DNA of 64,000 nt from Entomortierella parvispora E1425 (Eukaryota; Fungi; Mortierellomycota): positions 3,038,001-3,102,000 of the forward strand of contig BQFW01000008.1 of the NCBI GenBank assembly GCA_020891255.1, in the 5' to 3' direction. A model generated the notes under the pieces. It searched no databases. It saw nothing but the letters and a program-made list of their open reading frames with translations, and had not been told where the DNA came from. Each line of letters starts with the position of its first letter. The first letter of the stretch is position 1. Positions 1 to 13,897 of this stretch are shown piece after piece. Position numbers and translations under genes: made by a program.

Positions 1-121
1 GCACTGGGTTGGTGCTACGCAATAGCGAAGCTGAGGACGAGGACTGGACGGAGGTTGCAGATCTCGATGAAGCTGCTGCAGCCACAGCTATAAGAGTCCT
101 TCTTTTCCTACTAGCAGTCAT
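1..121 (-). CDS. 5' end of a third 3CxxC zinc-finger paralog, truncated by the window edge
   Basis: Minus-strand ATG at 121 gives MTASRKRRTLIAVAAAASSRSATSVQSSSSASLLRSTNPV. This resembles the N-terminus of the 478-1674 gene (RNRNRTLVTATTSVAAS...SLRSPNPDV). It shares upstream motifs with the 2147-3556 gene. Confidence 0.55.
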   Translation of the reverse strand, partial: MTASRKRRTLIAVAAAASSRSATSVQSSSSASLLRSTNPV

Positions 122-229
122 TGCAACTTTGAATTCGTGAATGACAATGTGACAATGATGAGCAGAGATGATCCTCTTAATGAGATGATTGGAAAAGTTG
201 CAGATGAAAGAGGGCCTTCACCAGGACCG

Positions 230-296
230 TGGGACACACGCGACTCTGAAAAGAGGGGGACGTGCTTCGCCATCGCAACCATTCAGTTAAGGGGCG
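230..296 (-). promoter_or_regulatory. Conserved upstream motif pair of the 3CxxC paralogs (TGGGACACACGCGACTC ... TTAAGGGGC, + strand reading)
   Basis: The same 17-mer occurs at 230-246 and 3671-3687. TTAAGGGGC lies about 165 nt upstream of the ATGs at 121 and 3556, and also occurs at 1932 upstream of the middle paralog. Confidence 0.5.
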
Positions 297-477
297 TCTC
301 GACGCGATTGAGGGCCTGGATCACTCGGAAGTGGCGAAGGCCGACTTGCTCCATGGTTCAGTGTTGGAACTTTAGAAAATGGTAGATAGGAAGTAATCTT
401 CTCAAGCTGCTCTGCATATCCATGGATGATTTCAAGTTGCCCGTTCTGTCATAAATCATCAAGTTTATTCATTTCAT

Positions 478-1674
478 CTAATGATACACTCCTGCGATGC
501 ATGCAGCGCATCGGTCCTCATCATGAGGATCGGTGTCCTCCACTACAGGACCTTTCGGCTCCTCACGCTTTCTTCGCTTTGTCCACAGCTCAAAGGCCTT
601 GATCATCGTTTTCGCATACAAAGCACGATTCAGCTCTGCATGCATGTAAACCTCGCAGCCTTGACATTTTTGATGATAGACCAAAGCTCTGTACCGAATC
701 GTGTCCTTGAAACCTGGGCGGTCACTGCCGAGAGTATGCTTGAACCATAATCGAGTACAAATCTCGGCAGAGTGCCAATGTCGTTGTCCACTGCCCTTAC
801 GGCAAGAAGTGCAATAGAACCGTCCAAACATATTGCGGGTCCTGTGTTCTACACCATCCTGCATCACAGGCTCCGACTTTAAGATTGACTGTGCAAGTAG
901 GGGATGCGATATGATATTCTGATCGTAGACGAGGTCGCAATCCCACAAAGCAGTTTTCTTTTTCTCGGCCGCTGCCTGCGCAAATCCGTCGTGCAAGGAG
1001 ATGGCTTCCCAGACCCCAGTGCTGGGCCCCCCTCGTTGGCGCCTTCCCTTTTTTTCAGTTTTTTTCTTCCTCTCATCGGCTCCAGATTTCTTTTCTTGTG
1101 CTTTCGCGCCTTTGTTGCTGGGGTTAGATCCAGAAGAGGAGCTCGAGCCAGAAGAAGAGCTGTGATCTGAGGTTGAGTTATTGTCTGAAGCAGAGAAGGC
1201 GCTTGATGTGACGCCGTCTGCGGAAGAAACGGCCGCCGTGGTAAATTCTGGGGTAGTACCAGAGGTGGAGGCTTCGTTCATCTTCCGACTAACACGCTCC
1301 TTGTCAATGAGAGAGCGCGTCCACGATGGCGCCACTTTCAAATCAATCGCGTTCAAGTCCTTGCGGTCCAGTCCTTCCAACTTGACTTTGAGCTCGGCCA
1401 AGGCTGCGTCTGATTTTATCTCTGGGGCCTCGAGTTTGAACTTTGGTTTGTCTGCTTTGACTTTGGCGCCTGTCTTCGCAGGTGCCTTGGTAGAGGCTTT
1501 CGGGCCAATATAGATAATACCGGTGGCAAGCACGTCAGGATTCGGCGACCTCAGCGAGTACAAAGACAAGGCTTTCGTGTCAACATAAGAAGCAGCGACA
1601 GAGGTGGTAGCAGTGACCAGGGTCCTGTTCCTGTTTCTGACGGCTGTTGCGACATTGACCGCGTTGGTGACCAT
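478..1674 (-). CDS. 3CxxC-type zinc-binding domain protein (ZAR1/RTP-like C-terminus) with a low-complexity N-terminus
   Basis: C-terminus reads MFGRFYCTSC...WHSAEI...YHQKCQGC...HDEDRCAAC, which matches the zf-3CxxC pattern. The ORF is open from 1923, but M84 (ATG 1674) is preferred by comparison with the paralog at 1-121. Confidence 0.8.
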   Translation of the reverse strand: MVTNAVNVATAVRNRNRTLVTATTSVAASYVDTKALSLYSLRSPNPDVLATGIIYIGPKASTKAPAKTGAKVKADKPKFKLEAPEIKSDAALAELKVKLEGLDRKDLNAIDLKVAPSWTRSLIDKERVSRKMNEASTSGTTPEFTTAAVSSADGVTSSAFSASDNNSTSDHSSSSGSSSSSGSNPSNKGAKAQEKKSGADERKKKTEKKGRRQRGGPSTGVWEAISLHDGFAQAAAEKKKTALWDCDLVYDQNIISHPLLAQSILKSEPVMQDGVEHRTRNMFGRFYCTSCRKGSGQRHWHSAEICTRLWFKHTLGSDRPGFKDTIRYRALVYHQKCQGCEVYMHAELNRALYAKTMIKAFELWTKRRKREEPKGPVVEDTDPHDEDRCAACIAGVYH

Positions 1675-2146
1675 GGGACGATGACAAGACGAGAGTCGGT
1701 GTGGCATCCTTTGAAGGAAGGAATGCAGATGGAGTGATGGTAACATTGTTGCAATGAATGAGCCGAAGGCCGAGGTGAAGTGTTTGTGAAGGAGAGATTG
1801 CAAAAGTGCTGACGAAGCAATGAATGCGCTTTTATCAGGAGGGGGTCGCGTCGACTTCTGCTTTGCCATGGGTTGCTTTGCCATGATTTTGCTGTGCCCG
1901 CTGTGGCTGCTGTGCCCATGCAACTATTCGGTTAAGGGGCGCATCACGCAAGGCCAAGGAGACACAAGGGCGCGACAGCCCCAGATCGTATACATCGGGC
2001 GGAACACAGGTACTTTCACCCGACTTAGTACACTCATGGTTTCCCCACAGGCGTCTTCACAAACGTAGTTGTTGTATAGCTCTTAACCATGATCTCGTCC
2101 TCGCTCAATATTGAACAAGTTTATTTCTCTTTTCAACTCCTGAAGA

Positions 2147-3556
2147 TCAGTATCCCCACCGGTGTGGGTAGTCAGTTCTGTTGCCACCATGATGGAGCCC
2201 CATGATACATCCATGGCACCGCGCCTTATCGTGAGGCTTGGTAGTTTCCTCAGAATCAGAGCCATCATTTCGATACTGACGTTCTCGTCGACCCGTCCAC
2301 AATTCGAAGGCCTTGATTGTCGACCTCACATATGAATCGCGATCCAGCTCTGCCTCCATGTATTGCTCGCAGCCTCGACACTTTTGAAAATAAATCAAAG
2401 ACTGGTACTTCAACGTATCTTTGGAGCCTCTGAATCCACTGGCTGGAGTATACTTGCACCAAAATTGAGTAAAAACCTCAGCAGAGTGCCAAGTTCGTGG
2501 CTTACCCCGCATGCGACAGGACGTACAATGAAATCGACCAAACATATCCCGACCCCTCTGCTCAATATCGGAATGCATGGACTCTGACTGTTTGAGTGTG
2601 GAATCATAGATAAGGGTGCAATCCCACAAGGACGATGTCGTCTTATTGGCGGCTGCCTCCACAAGTTCATCATGCAAGTAAGATCCATCCTTGGTCTTCT
2701 GGCTGGCGACTGGTCGTCCATAGTTCCCTGCTTTCCCTGGGTTCTTTTGCTTTTTCCGAGGCTTTTCCGCCTTAGCTACTATAGCCCGGTGAGTAGGAAG
2801 AGCTGAGCTGCTGGTCGAGGGAGAGATGGGCTCGAAATCGTCGTCAGAGGAGAGGACGTAGCCAGAGTTGTCTGAAGAGGGCTCCGCTGTGTCAGCGAAG
2901 GCGGATGCGCGGGCGGCAACTTCAGCTGGTGTTGCTGAGGCCTCAGCGCTTGATGTTTCCATGGCTACTTCGAGAGATTTTAGTACCGACTCCACGGGCG
3001 TGTCCACTTTCTTACGTCTACAACGTTCGTTGTTGATCAGAGAACGCGCCCAAGACGGGGTGGTCTGCATGCTGATCATGTTCAGGTCTGTGCGGTCTAA
3101 CTTTGGCAGCTTATCTCTCAAGTCTTCCAAGGCCTTGGCCGTTGCTTTGGCTGGAAGCTTGAGTTTGTAGGTGGATTTCGCTGCTGTTGCGGCCATAGAT
3201 GCTGCTGTTGTTGTTGGTGGTATTTTTGGCTGAGCTGATGTTGTTGTAGTGGAGGTGGTCGCTGCGGTGGTTATGGTAGGTGAGGCAGCAGCAGTGCTTG
3301 ATGTGTTTGGCTTGCCCAGTCGCTGGTCTTGTATTTTGCGCCGACATCGCTCCTGGTGGATAATGTGGCGAGCCCAAACAGGGGTGGAGCTCATATCCAG
3401 CCTGTTCAACTCTTGACGGTCAACCTTGGTGACTTCCGCAGCGAGCAAGGCGGGGCTCGCGCCGGGAGTAAGCAAAATAGAGAGCGTGGGCACGGACGAT
3501 GCCGCTGAGGCAGCAGCTGTGGTGGCAGGAACTTTGCCATTCTTGTTTTTAGCCAT
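2147..3556 (-). CDS. 3CxxC-type zinc-binding domain protein, tandem paralog
   Basis: 469-aa ORF containing MFGRFHCTSC...WHSAEV...YFQKCRGC...HDKARCHGC and two copies of a ~40-aa LDRxDLN...PxWAR..I..ER motif. Confidence 0.85.
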   Translation of the reverse strand: MAKNKNGKVPATTAAASAASSVPTLSILLTPGASPALLAAEVTKVDRQELNRLDMSSTPVWARHIIHQERCRRKIQDQRLGKPNTSSTAAASPTITTAATTSTTTTSAQPKIPPTTTAASMAATAAKSTYKLKLPAKATAKALEDLRDKLPKLDRTDLNMISMQTTPSWARSLINNERCRRKKVDTPVESVLKSLEVAMETSSAEASATPAEVAARASAFADTAEPSSDNSGYVLSSDDDFEPISPSTSSSALPTHRAIVAKAEKPRKKQKNPGKAGNYGRPVASQKTKDGSYLHDELVEAAANKTTSSLWDCTLIYDSTLKQSESMHSDIEQRGRDMFGRFHCTSCRMRGKPRTWHSAEVFTQFWCKYTPASGFRGSKDTLKYQSLIYFQKCRGCEQYMEAELDRDSYVRSTIKAFELWTGRRERQYRNDGSDSEETTKPHDKARCHGCIMGLHHGGNRTDYPHRWGY

Positions 3557-5693
3557 GATGACCTTGGTCTTGCTGGATGCAATGTTGTAATGGCGGGCCC
3601 GAGATGGTGCTGAGTGAATGAGATGTGATGAAGGAAAAGAGTGCTGATGCAGAGTGCTTTGACCATGGGGTGGGACACACGCGACTCAAAGGCGAAGTAC
3701 ACCAAGTCTAGGGTACAATTAAGGGGCACCACCGGGGATCAGGGACAAAAAAAAAAGCCATCCCCCGCGGCATGCCTTTTTTCTTGGCATGGGCCAATTC
3801 ACTTTCCTCAATCAACCATAGTAACATCAGTCGTCTTCATAATTCGAGCACAAGACTATTCTCCGGCCTAACAAGGATGTCGACGTACGCGCCCAAGGAC
3901 CTGTTCTAGAGGAACACTCTGTTCTGATAATGAAAAGGCAGTCGATTTTACTAACACGTCCCTCTTCACTCTCTGTCTCCCTGTCTGTCCTAGAAGTTCC
4001 CCGGAAAACATGGGACGATGACGGTCATTGAGAGAAGAAAAAAACTGGAGATCCCAGAAGGTATATCAAAGGTTGGAGAGACGACACAACCCCCCCCCCC
4101 ATTTTTTTACAGCATCGGGAGCGACATCTCCTCATCTCATATGAGAGGCTCGGGCAATTTGCGTGATACCATCAGCAATCGATGATGCCGGCGACAACAC
4201 ATAGAAAGTGGCGTTGTAAAGATGCTCGATAACAGCGGTACAATGAAAGAAGGCAGGCTAAATCCTGTGAGTAGAGATCATCAAGAGTGGCAACACGGGT
4301 GACCACTTCGTCGGCATCGCAGGTGGCAGTATCGTTGGCAGCCGCACTGTCAGCAGTGCTTCCGGATGATGATCAGATTGTCGACGATCTTGATGTTGTC
4401 GAAAATGTTGGATCCAAAGAGAGAAGCGATGGCCAGGATGACGGGGAGGACGACGGGGAGGATAGTGCATTTGGATCATCCCGATCCATTGCGCACAAAG
4501 ATGCACGTCATCTATTTAATGACTGGCCATTACTGCCATTTTTCAGACACATATTCGGAAGGTATTGTTATAGAGCTTGGCAATGTTCACTAAGTCTTCT
4601 GTATCGCTAAAACTCCTTTACTTTATAGGTACCCAAGGTTTCTCCGATGGGGCACCACGAATTCCAGCAGATATCCCTTCAGATGCTAGTCTCGTACGCT
4701 CACAGAACTCTCTCTGGAAAAGACGCAGAACTTCATAATCTCAAGGGTGTATAGTAAGTACATGAAAAAAACCCCCTATTGATCGCGCCACAGGTTTGGT
4801 TCACGTCCCATCTGCTGAAAAGTGCCCATCTTCTATTCCAAATGATTTTACTGTATGTAGCGTTGCCCTGTCTTGCATCGTCTCTGCCACTGTGAAAGAT
4901 GCCTACAACATATTCTGTCCCAGCGTGTTGCATGAATTGCGAGGGAAGTGACCCTGAGGGAGCTCACCATGCCGATCTTGAACAAAATTCTGTCACCTCT
5001 TCAGAAGAGCATCATTGGCAACAACTACGACCTCACCTACATGCAGCAAGAGGTGGATCTGCGCACGGCTGCGCTTGTTCTATGCGAGCGCGACGAACGA
5101 TGGTTCACAACGGAAGAGAAGGCGGACCTTGCCGCACCCTGGAAAGTCTACCAGATTCCACAGCTAAAACAAAATAAAAAATAAAACCATTTTATTTCAT
5201 TGACATCTGTGGGTCTGCTGAAGTGACCATGGAAGCCAACGGAATAAGAAGCAGTATATTGAGGACGTGGTTAGTCGTGGGCGGTGATCAGAAGTAATAT
5301 GCATACCCACGGACAGAATCGTCGGCAGGACAAGGGACGATGATATCTGTTTTGTGATTGATGAGATACCCATTACCATTGAACTGGACTGCCAGAGATA
5401 TCTGGGTGCTGTTGATCAAGTGAGTGCCATTGATGACGACAACCGCCCATCCAAGACTGGTCGGGGATAGTATAGCAGCAAGGCTCACAGCTGGTAAGTT
5501 CTGGGGCTTTTGCAATGCCTAATAGTCCAAGATCAACTCTTCTGAACGTTGGCAGCAGTGTCCTGGTGAGGGAAGGAAGCAGAGGGGTTGCAAAGATCAA
5601 AATGTCCATTTTTTCTGTTGTTTGAGTACCTTGAAAACAGACGAGAAAGAACAATAGGGTTCCTACACCTCCTACCTCAGCTCAACAGCACAT

Positions 5694-6008
5694 GACGACT
5701 ACTGGCCTTGTCTCCCTCCCTTTCTTCTATCTAGCGATCATTAAAAAATATAGGCGGGGGAAGCCTCCCGGACGTGCAACTGCCTCAAAAAAAAAAAAAA
5801 AAAAAGGGTTCATCAGCCATTTCCTTTCCACCAAGTCATGACACCGACCGAGGGGTCGATCTTAAATTGGTGACCGTGTAGACACATAGGATGCCTGTTG
5901 TCCTTGATCGCAACGCGTCAAAAGAACGCGTGCCGTTGACCTTTTCTACAGTTGTTTGAAGCACGTTGCACTGGAATCCAGAAAAAAAAAATCTCGGTTT
6001 TGATCAAT
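5694..6008 (+). repeat. Interspersed repeat, copy 1 (includes a GC-rich motif and an A-tract)
   Basis: Aligns by eye with the reverse complement of ~16180-16533 (gacgactac..ctagygatcattaaaaa..gcggggaagcctcccgga..gcctcAn..gatcttaaattggtg..tcaaaagaacgcgtgcc..ggaatccagaaa) and partly with 20160-20280. Confidence 0.8.
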
Positions 6009-6961
6009 CGTGATTCTATGGGTAGCGTTACTCTCCTGAGTCTCCTCCCACCCCACCTCTTCTTCCTCCTGCTCGATTGCCTGGTCCGAATCCTTGATCT
6101 TAGATAGCGAAGTACGACATCTCAAAGCCAAGCCCTCGTCTTGCCCCCTAGCTCGTATAAATCGTCGCCATCCCGGGGCAAAGGAAGACCCACAGAATCT
6201 TTTTCCCGATAAAAGCTCAATCTCACTCTTTTATTGTTTCCCATGTTCCTGTTCTGGATATTTTTCTTCACTTCTGTCCTTTTCTCTTTTCGTTTATTCG
6301 GGCTCGTCTCCCCCAAAGATCCCTCTCGTTGCGCCGCATTGTCTTTTTACAGCCACAAACCCCTCGCACTCCAACATAGGGTGGTGCGCCACGTTTTTTT
6401 GGCATGGAGCGAGCGGATTAAGATTTGAGCAGACAAACCGGGTCCAACGGACAGCAAATCATGAATTTTTAGAGCACAGCGGATGGCAGAGTGATGGCCA
6501 TTGGGCGCGCGGAACCGAAAGATTGCCCGGGTGGACAAAAGGGAGAGCGAATGGGCGGGTCGGGGGGCGTCGGTCTAGTCGGGCGTTGTTTTTATTTCAT
6601 TTGCTTGGGAAATAGGTCCCTTTCATCTGAGACCTTGCAAGTTAGAGCCAGGGGGGGCGGAGAGTGAGTGCAGCGGGACTATTATTGACATAAAGAGAAG
6701 GTCGACGCCCTGTGGGAGCGGGAAAGTGGGTCAAGAAGGGAAAGAATCTTGCTGTAGGATGTGGCGCGTACCGAAAGAAAGAAAGAGGGGAAGGCGAAGA
6801 AGGAGAAAGAAAAGAAGATTCATATCATGGCACAGAACACAAAAATGAATGCAGAGGCAGGGCGAGGGACATGCGCCCTCGTCTGTCCCCCCAACAACGT
6901 GTGGCTCTCATTTCCCAAGACGGTCAAGGTCAGTTCTCGGTATCGAATGAGGGACGACGGC

Positions 6962-7560
6962 GTGTGTGTGTGTGTTTGTTGTGTGTTGTGCGTGTGAGCG
7001 AGAGAGAGGAGAGAGAGAGGAGAGAGAGACAAGAAAGAGAAGAAAGAGAAGGGAGGGAAGAGAGAAAAAGAGCGAGAGCACTTTGAGGCAATTGAGTGAG
7101 TGGACAGAGAGAGGAAAAGAGAAAAGACCCGCCTGGTGCCAGTGCCATGTCGACACCCACACCCACACCCACTCGCCATTTTACCAGGGGACGACACACT
7201 GCAGTTGGGTCAGTTGGGTCAGTTGTTGTTGTTGTTGTTGGTCTCTCTTTGGGTCTCGCTCGTCTCTCTGGGTCTCTCTTTCGGTCTCTTTGGTCCATGC
7301 AGCATCCCTCAAAGGGTCCTCCTTCCTTCGTCCATTCGTTTCATTCCCTCATTCATTCATTCCCTCATTCTTTCCTTCTTGGCTCCCCCTGTCATCTCTT
7401 TCTCTCTCTGTTTCTTCTCTCTCTCTCTCTCTCTCTCTCCCTCTCTATATCTTCTTTCTTGCCCGCCTCCTGCCTCATCTCTCTCCCTCTCTCTCTCTTT
7501 CTCGTCTCTTTGTCATCTGCATCTGCATCATCTGCATCATCTGCATCATCTGAACTTTCA
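6962..7560. repeat. Microsatellite and low-complexity cluster: (GT)n, (GA)n, (CT)n, (CATCTG/CAT)n
   Basis: Directly visible simple repeats upstream of the Kelch gene. Confidence 0.85.
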
Positions 7561-8208
7561 TCATCCTCCATCTCGCTGACTCCTTCTTCTTAACTCCTCC
7601 CCTGCTTCTCTCTTCCCGTCCTCCCTTCACTCCTCTTTCTCGTCCTTTGCTTTCTCTTTACCCCTGCTTTGTCCGTTGTGGGTCCATACATTTCAGGCTT
7701 CCCTCGGTACACACAGACACACCCCCCGGCTTCGGGATCAAAGCTGCACCTGCTCCCTTTCCCTTTCCCCTTCCCAATCATCAACGGTCACTCGCTGTCC
7801 TGCAGCACAGACGCTCCTTCCTTCCTTCCTTCAGTGTGTCTCTGCTCCTCTTCCTTTGTTTTCTTTCTGTGTTCCACTATTCATTCTTTCCTTCCTCTCT
7901 CCGCTTGCTTCCTCGATTGCTCTTGAAGCATTCGCTCATCCTTTGTCGGACTGGAAGAACATTGAGCCTTTCCCTTCTGGCTTGCTATCCGCTTGTGAAC
8001 ATCGAAACGTCCTTATCTGATTAATGAGAAACACCGCAACGGTCGCCTGCATCTTCGCCCAGACCCTTTTCCAGCAGCCCCGTTTCCCTTCTGTTCTTGC
8101 TCCCCACCTCGTGTCTGCACCACCTACCACTGCACATTCTTAACCATATTGGCGATTAAGAACACAACTCCGAAGGGTTCAGCAAGATCGACAGGATCTA
8201 CACAAACC

Positions 8209-10423
8209 ATGGCGATCATCCATGCTCCAGTTGCAGCTGCATCATCAATGACAGGGACAGGAGGGATCTTAACAACAACCGCTGCTTCTTCCACAAGAGC
8301 AGCTTTAGCATCCCCCTCCGTACACAACGACAAAAAGAGCCACTTCCGCCTACTCTCAGCACCCTTGGTCCCCTTCCTTCTGCTCGCCACTCTAGCCACG
8401 ACCGCATGCTGCGCGAGCACGTCGTTTCAACCCGTGAGCTACTCGACCACGGCCCTGATGGGGTCCAGGCTCTTCATCTACGGAGGCCTCGTCAATGCTT
8501 CGGATCCCTTGTCGTATTCCTCACAATTTGTGAGTCTCTCCCTGGTCAAGGGGTTCCTTGTCGATAATGACAACAGCGGGAATTCTGATTTACCATGGCA
8601 ATTCTTGCCAAGGACCTTTGCCACCGCCATGGCACCAGGGGCGACAACTCAAGATCAAAGCCGGCTCGTTGTTGGAGGCACACGAGGCATCCACTCAACG
8701 GGCTCTTCACCCACCTCGACAGTTGCACTCTTTGATACTACTAAAAACACATGGAGCCAAGGACCCGATCTGCCCAAAGAGAATACAACCATTCCAACGA
8801 AAACAGCTGTTAGCGATGACTCTTCGACAGATCCTTCGGACCTTTCGCCGTCCTCTTCTTCCTCACCAACATCGTCACCATCACCATCGCCCTCAACCTC
8901 GCCCTCAACTTCGCCGTCACCCACCCCTTCGCCAGCTTTCCAGTTGTTGTCTCCCGGTATGAGCCTAGACAGTACTGTGGGGACGGTGCTTCAGTTTGGA
9001 GGCCTGAACGGATCCATGAATGTGACCAATACACTCTCCATTCTGAAAACAAACAAAAGCAGCCCCGGAGGGTCGTGGTCCTATTCGGGTCCGCTCGAAT
9101 CTGTCCCTGGACTATACGCACCTATTGTTGTGTACTTGCCTCGCTTGAAGGCGACCTTGATCATGGGCGGATGTAATCAGGCCAACGAGCAAGGTCGGCC
9201 GGTCCAATGTGCCCCCTTTGATACCCTGTACACTCTCGGGTCGGATGCTGTAGCAGCAGCAGCCTCATCGGAGATTTCCTCGGCAACGTCTCTGAAGGCT
9301 ACCAAGATTACGGTACGCAACAACAGCACAGATACCAACTCAACTTTGGGTTCCGCGTCCCCTGCATTCACGATACCATCGCCTAGATGGATGCCCTGCG
9401 CCGTGGTGTTGCAAGACGGGAATGTGTTCATGATGGGAGGTGAGGATCCAGTCCAGGGAGACGAGATCGGAGGACAGAGAAAGAATGCCCTATCCGATGC
9501 GTGGGTCTTGGACACGCGGAATTGGACTTGGCTCCATCGTAGCATTGGAGGTCTTCCCACTGGAGGTATCCGAGGCCACAGCTGCCAAATGGCGAGTTAT
9601 GAACAGATCCTGGTCATTGGAGGTAAAGACGTGAAAGAAATAACCCGCAGCAGGATCATTTTATTCCTTCCTTGTCGAGCGTCTGATCTAACGCTCTCTC
9701 AAAACAATAGGAGTGAATGCGACGGGACATGTCTATCGTCCATTATCGGTGATCAAGATGAGGGACTGGTCGTGGTCGGGACGGTTCTATGTACCCTCAC
9801 TCTCGCCCTGGATCAAGGTCGCATTGTCCCTGACTGTTATTGTGGTGGTGGGAGCTATTGTGGCCGGGCTGGTGATCCGCCATCGTCGAAACAAACGAGC
9901 CGCAGCCATTGCAGCAGCCAATCTCGAATCCGGGAGCATCAGGGGTAGTCGAAAGAAGAAACAAGAAAAAGATAGCGGAGTGGAGTTGGGATCCATCTCG
10001 TCTTCGTCGCACCGGCGGACACAGAGGAATGGTACAGGATCCGGAAGTGCCAGTGGAAGCAGTGGTCGTCGAGAAGGAGGAGGCTCCGGCTCGAGAAATC
10101 CGAGATCTAGAAGAGAGCATAGGAGGAGCGGGGGAGCAGGGACCGGAGGATCACGCCAAGCATCGGGTCGATCTTTGAGGAGGCAGAGCATTCAAGATGC
10201 AGAGGCTCCGCAGAGGCAGGTTCTACCCCAGGATGAAGATACAATCCATGAATTGGACAGTGTGAGGGTGGATCAGGATGATTCATGGCGGACTGGCCAT
10301 GACCTTGCGCATGTCGAGGTGTCTTCGCCGACAAGCACCCTTGTTCCTGAAGGCGAAGAGAATGAATACCCTTTCCAGCCACTGTCACATCCACTCGACC
10401 ACAGTCGTCGGGCCGAGTCGTAG
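8209..10423 (+). CDS. Kelch/galactose-oxidase-repeat single-pass membrane protein (2 exons: 8209-9622, 9711-10423)
   Basis: Hydrophobic leader (LLSAPLVPFLLLATLATTACCA) and Kelch GG/W motifs (RLFIYGG, VLQFGG, VFMMGG, DAWVLDTRNWTW). The GT..CTAAC..AG intron at 9623-9710 restores frame into a TM helix (VALSLTVIVVVGAIVAGLVI) followed by a basic stop-transfer segment. Start codon uncertain. Confidence 0.8.
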
Positions 10424-10962
10424 TAGACCTTTGCTTGTAAAAATAACTCTCCTCTTATAAAGATATTCTTTGATACCCACATGTACCGGTACTGTTTCTG
10501 TTGTTTTGGACAGGCTCGGCGTACGAATTGGTTGACAACGCGGAAAAAGAAGAGAAGATCCATGAGTCAAGATGCCTCGCAGCACGCACCGTAGATCGAC
10601 AGGACAGACAGGCGACAACGCGATTCTGGAGAGACAGAGAGTCAGCAAGACAAGACTGGACAAGAACAAAAGACAAGATGGGCCCTTCTCTCGTTGTTCT
10701 CGAGCGCTGTCCTTGACAGCAAAGAGCAGCCGACGTACCCTTGACCCGGTAGAGACCGACAGGACGAGAGGGCACGGAAGACAATGACAAAAAAAGGAAA
10801 GATGGCCATAAACAGTCACTTCTTCCCACGCATCGAACACCACACACCGTGACTCAAAGGCGGATCCTCAGTAGCGTGATATCTCTTCTCCTATCGTGCC
10901 TTCTCTCTCTATTCTTCTCATTCATCCATCCATCCCTTCATCCCCTCATTCATTCATTCGCC

Positions 10963-12900
<1,938 letters not shown>

Positions 12901-13646
12901 ACTTGAGACACCCCTGCGGCTTCTTCACTCTTATCATCCTCCAACCACACGATCTTTGTTCTTTTCTTTCTTCAATACCCTCTCCTAAAGATATTTCACA
13001 TTAGACCAGCAGCCTCTCCCTCATGAAGGGGAGCTACAAAAAATAAACCAGCTCCTTTTTTGCCTTCATCCACGCACAGTCTCGGACAGATTTCTACTGC
13101 TGTTGCTCAAGCCTACGCTCTTCGGACAAAAGTAAAAGTCTGTGTCAGACCGAATGCTACTGCAAACACAGTCGAGCCCCCTCTTCATCCTCAGCACTTT
13201 GAAACTGGCGGTGTGGGGCAACATCGAAGAGGTCACGCTTTCTTTGACGCGTCCCTTTCTCTGACAATTTAAACAAGCCACCGAGGGGCCAAAGCGCGAC
13301 ATGGGCCATCCAACATTAGGCGTCAATGCCACGCAACATTTCTCCATTCACCTCCCTCACCACGTTCTCATCAGTTACTTCCACGCGTTCTTTTTTACAC
13401 CTACCACAAACCCATATCGTCCATCACCTCCATCCTCAAGAATCTCACCATTCTCTTCAGCTCCGCTGTGGCAATCACCGCTTTCATCTCTCTCATTCTT
13501 TCTCTAGTCCCAGTTTCTTTCTCCAGCCGTTCATCCGTTCATATGGTAAGTTTCCAGTTCTATTTCAACCTTGGGAGAGACAAAGTGCCCAGGTGGGACT
13601 TGTCTTGTCGGCATTCCGAGGGCCATTCCTCTTAAGGATCCTGCAC

Positions 13647-13897
13647 AAGTAACTGCGCCCGGGTATCTCCCCTGCAGTAAAGTCCAAAAGTAGCTGCGTC
13701 CGGGACATTTCCCAGGCAGCGAAAGCCACAAGTAACTGCGCCCGGGGCATCTCCCCGGCAGTGAAGGCCACAAGTAGCTGTGTCTGGGGCATTTCCCAGG
13801 CAGCGAAAGCCACAAGTAACTGCGTCCGGGGCATTTCCCCGGCAGTGAATGGCACCCATAACTGCGCCCGGGGCATCTCCCCGGCAGTTAAAGGTAG
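13647..13897. repeat. Six ~42-bp tandem repeats with internal hairpin, plus a seventh copy at ~14098-14140
   Basis: Unit aagtaACTGCGCCCGGGGCATCTCCCCGGCAGTgaaggccac. Unit starts at 13647, 13688, 13730, 13772, 13814, 13856. Confidence 0.9.

Noticed and set aside
3870-5660. ORF fragments on both strands with some splice-like signals
   Set aside because: No coherent gene model or recognisable domain could be built. It is probably a decayed gene.
6094-8130. Many overlapping ORFs
   Set aside because: They arise from GA/CT/GT microsatellites and low-complexity sequence.
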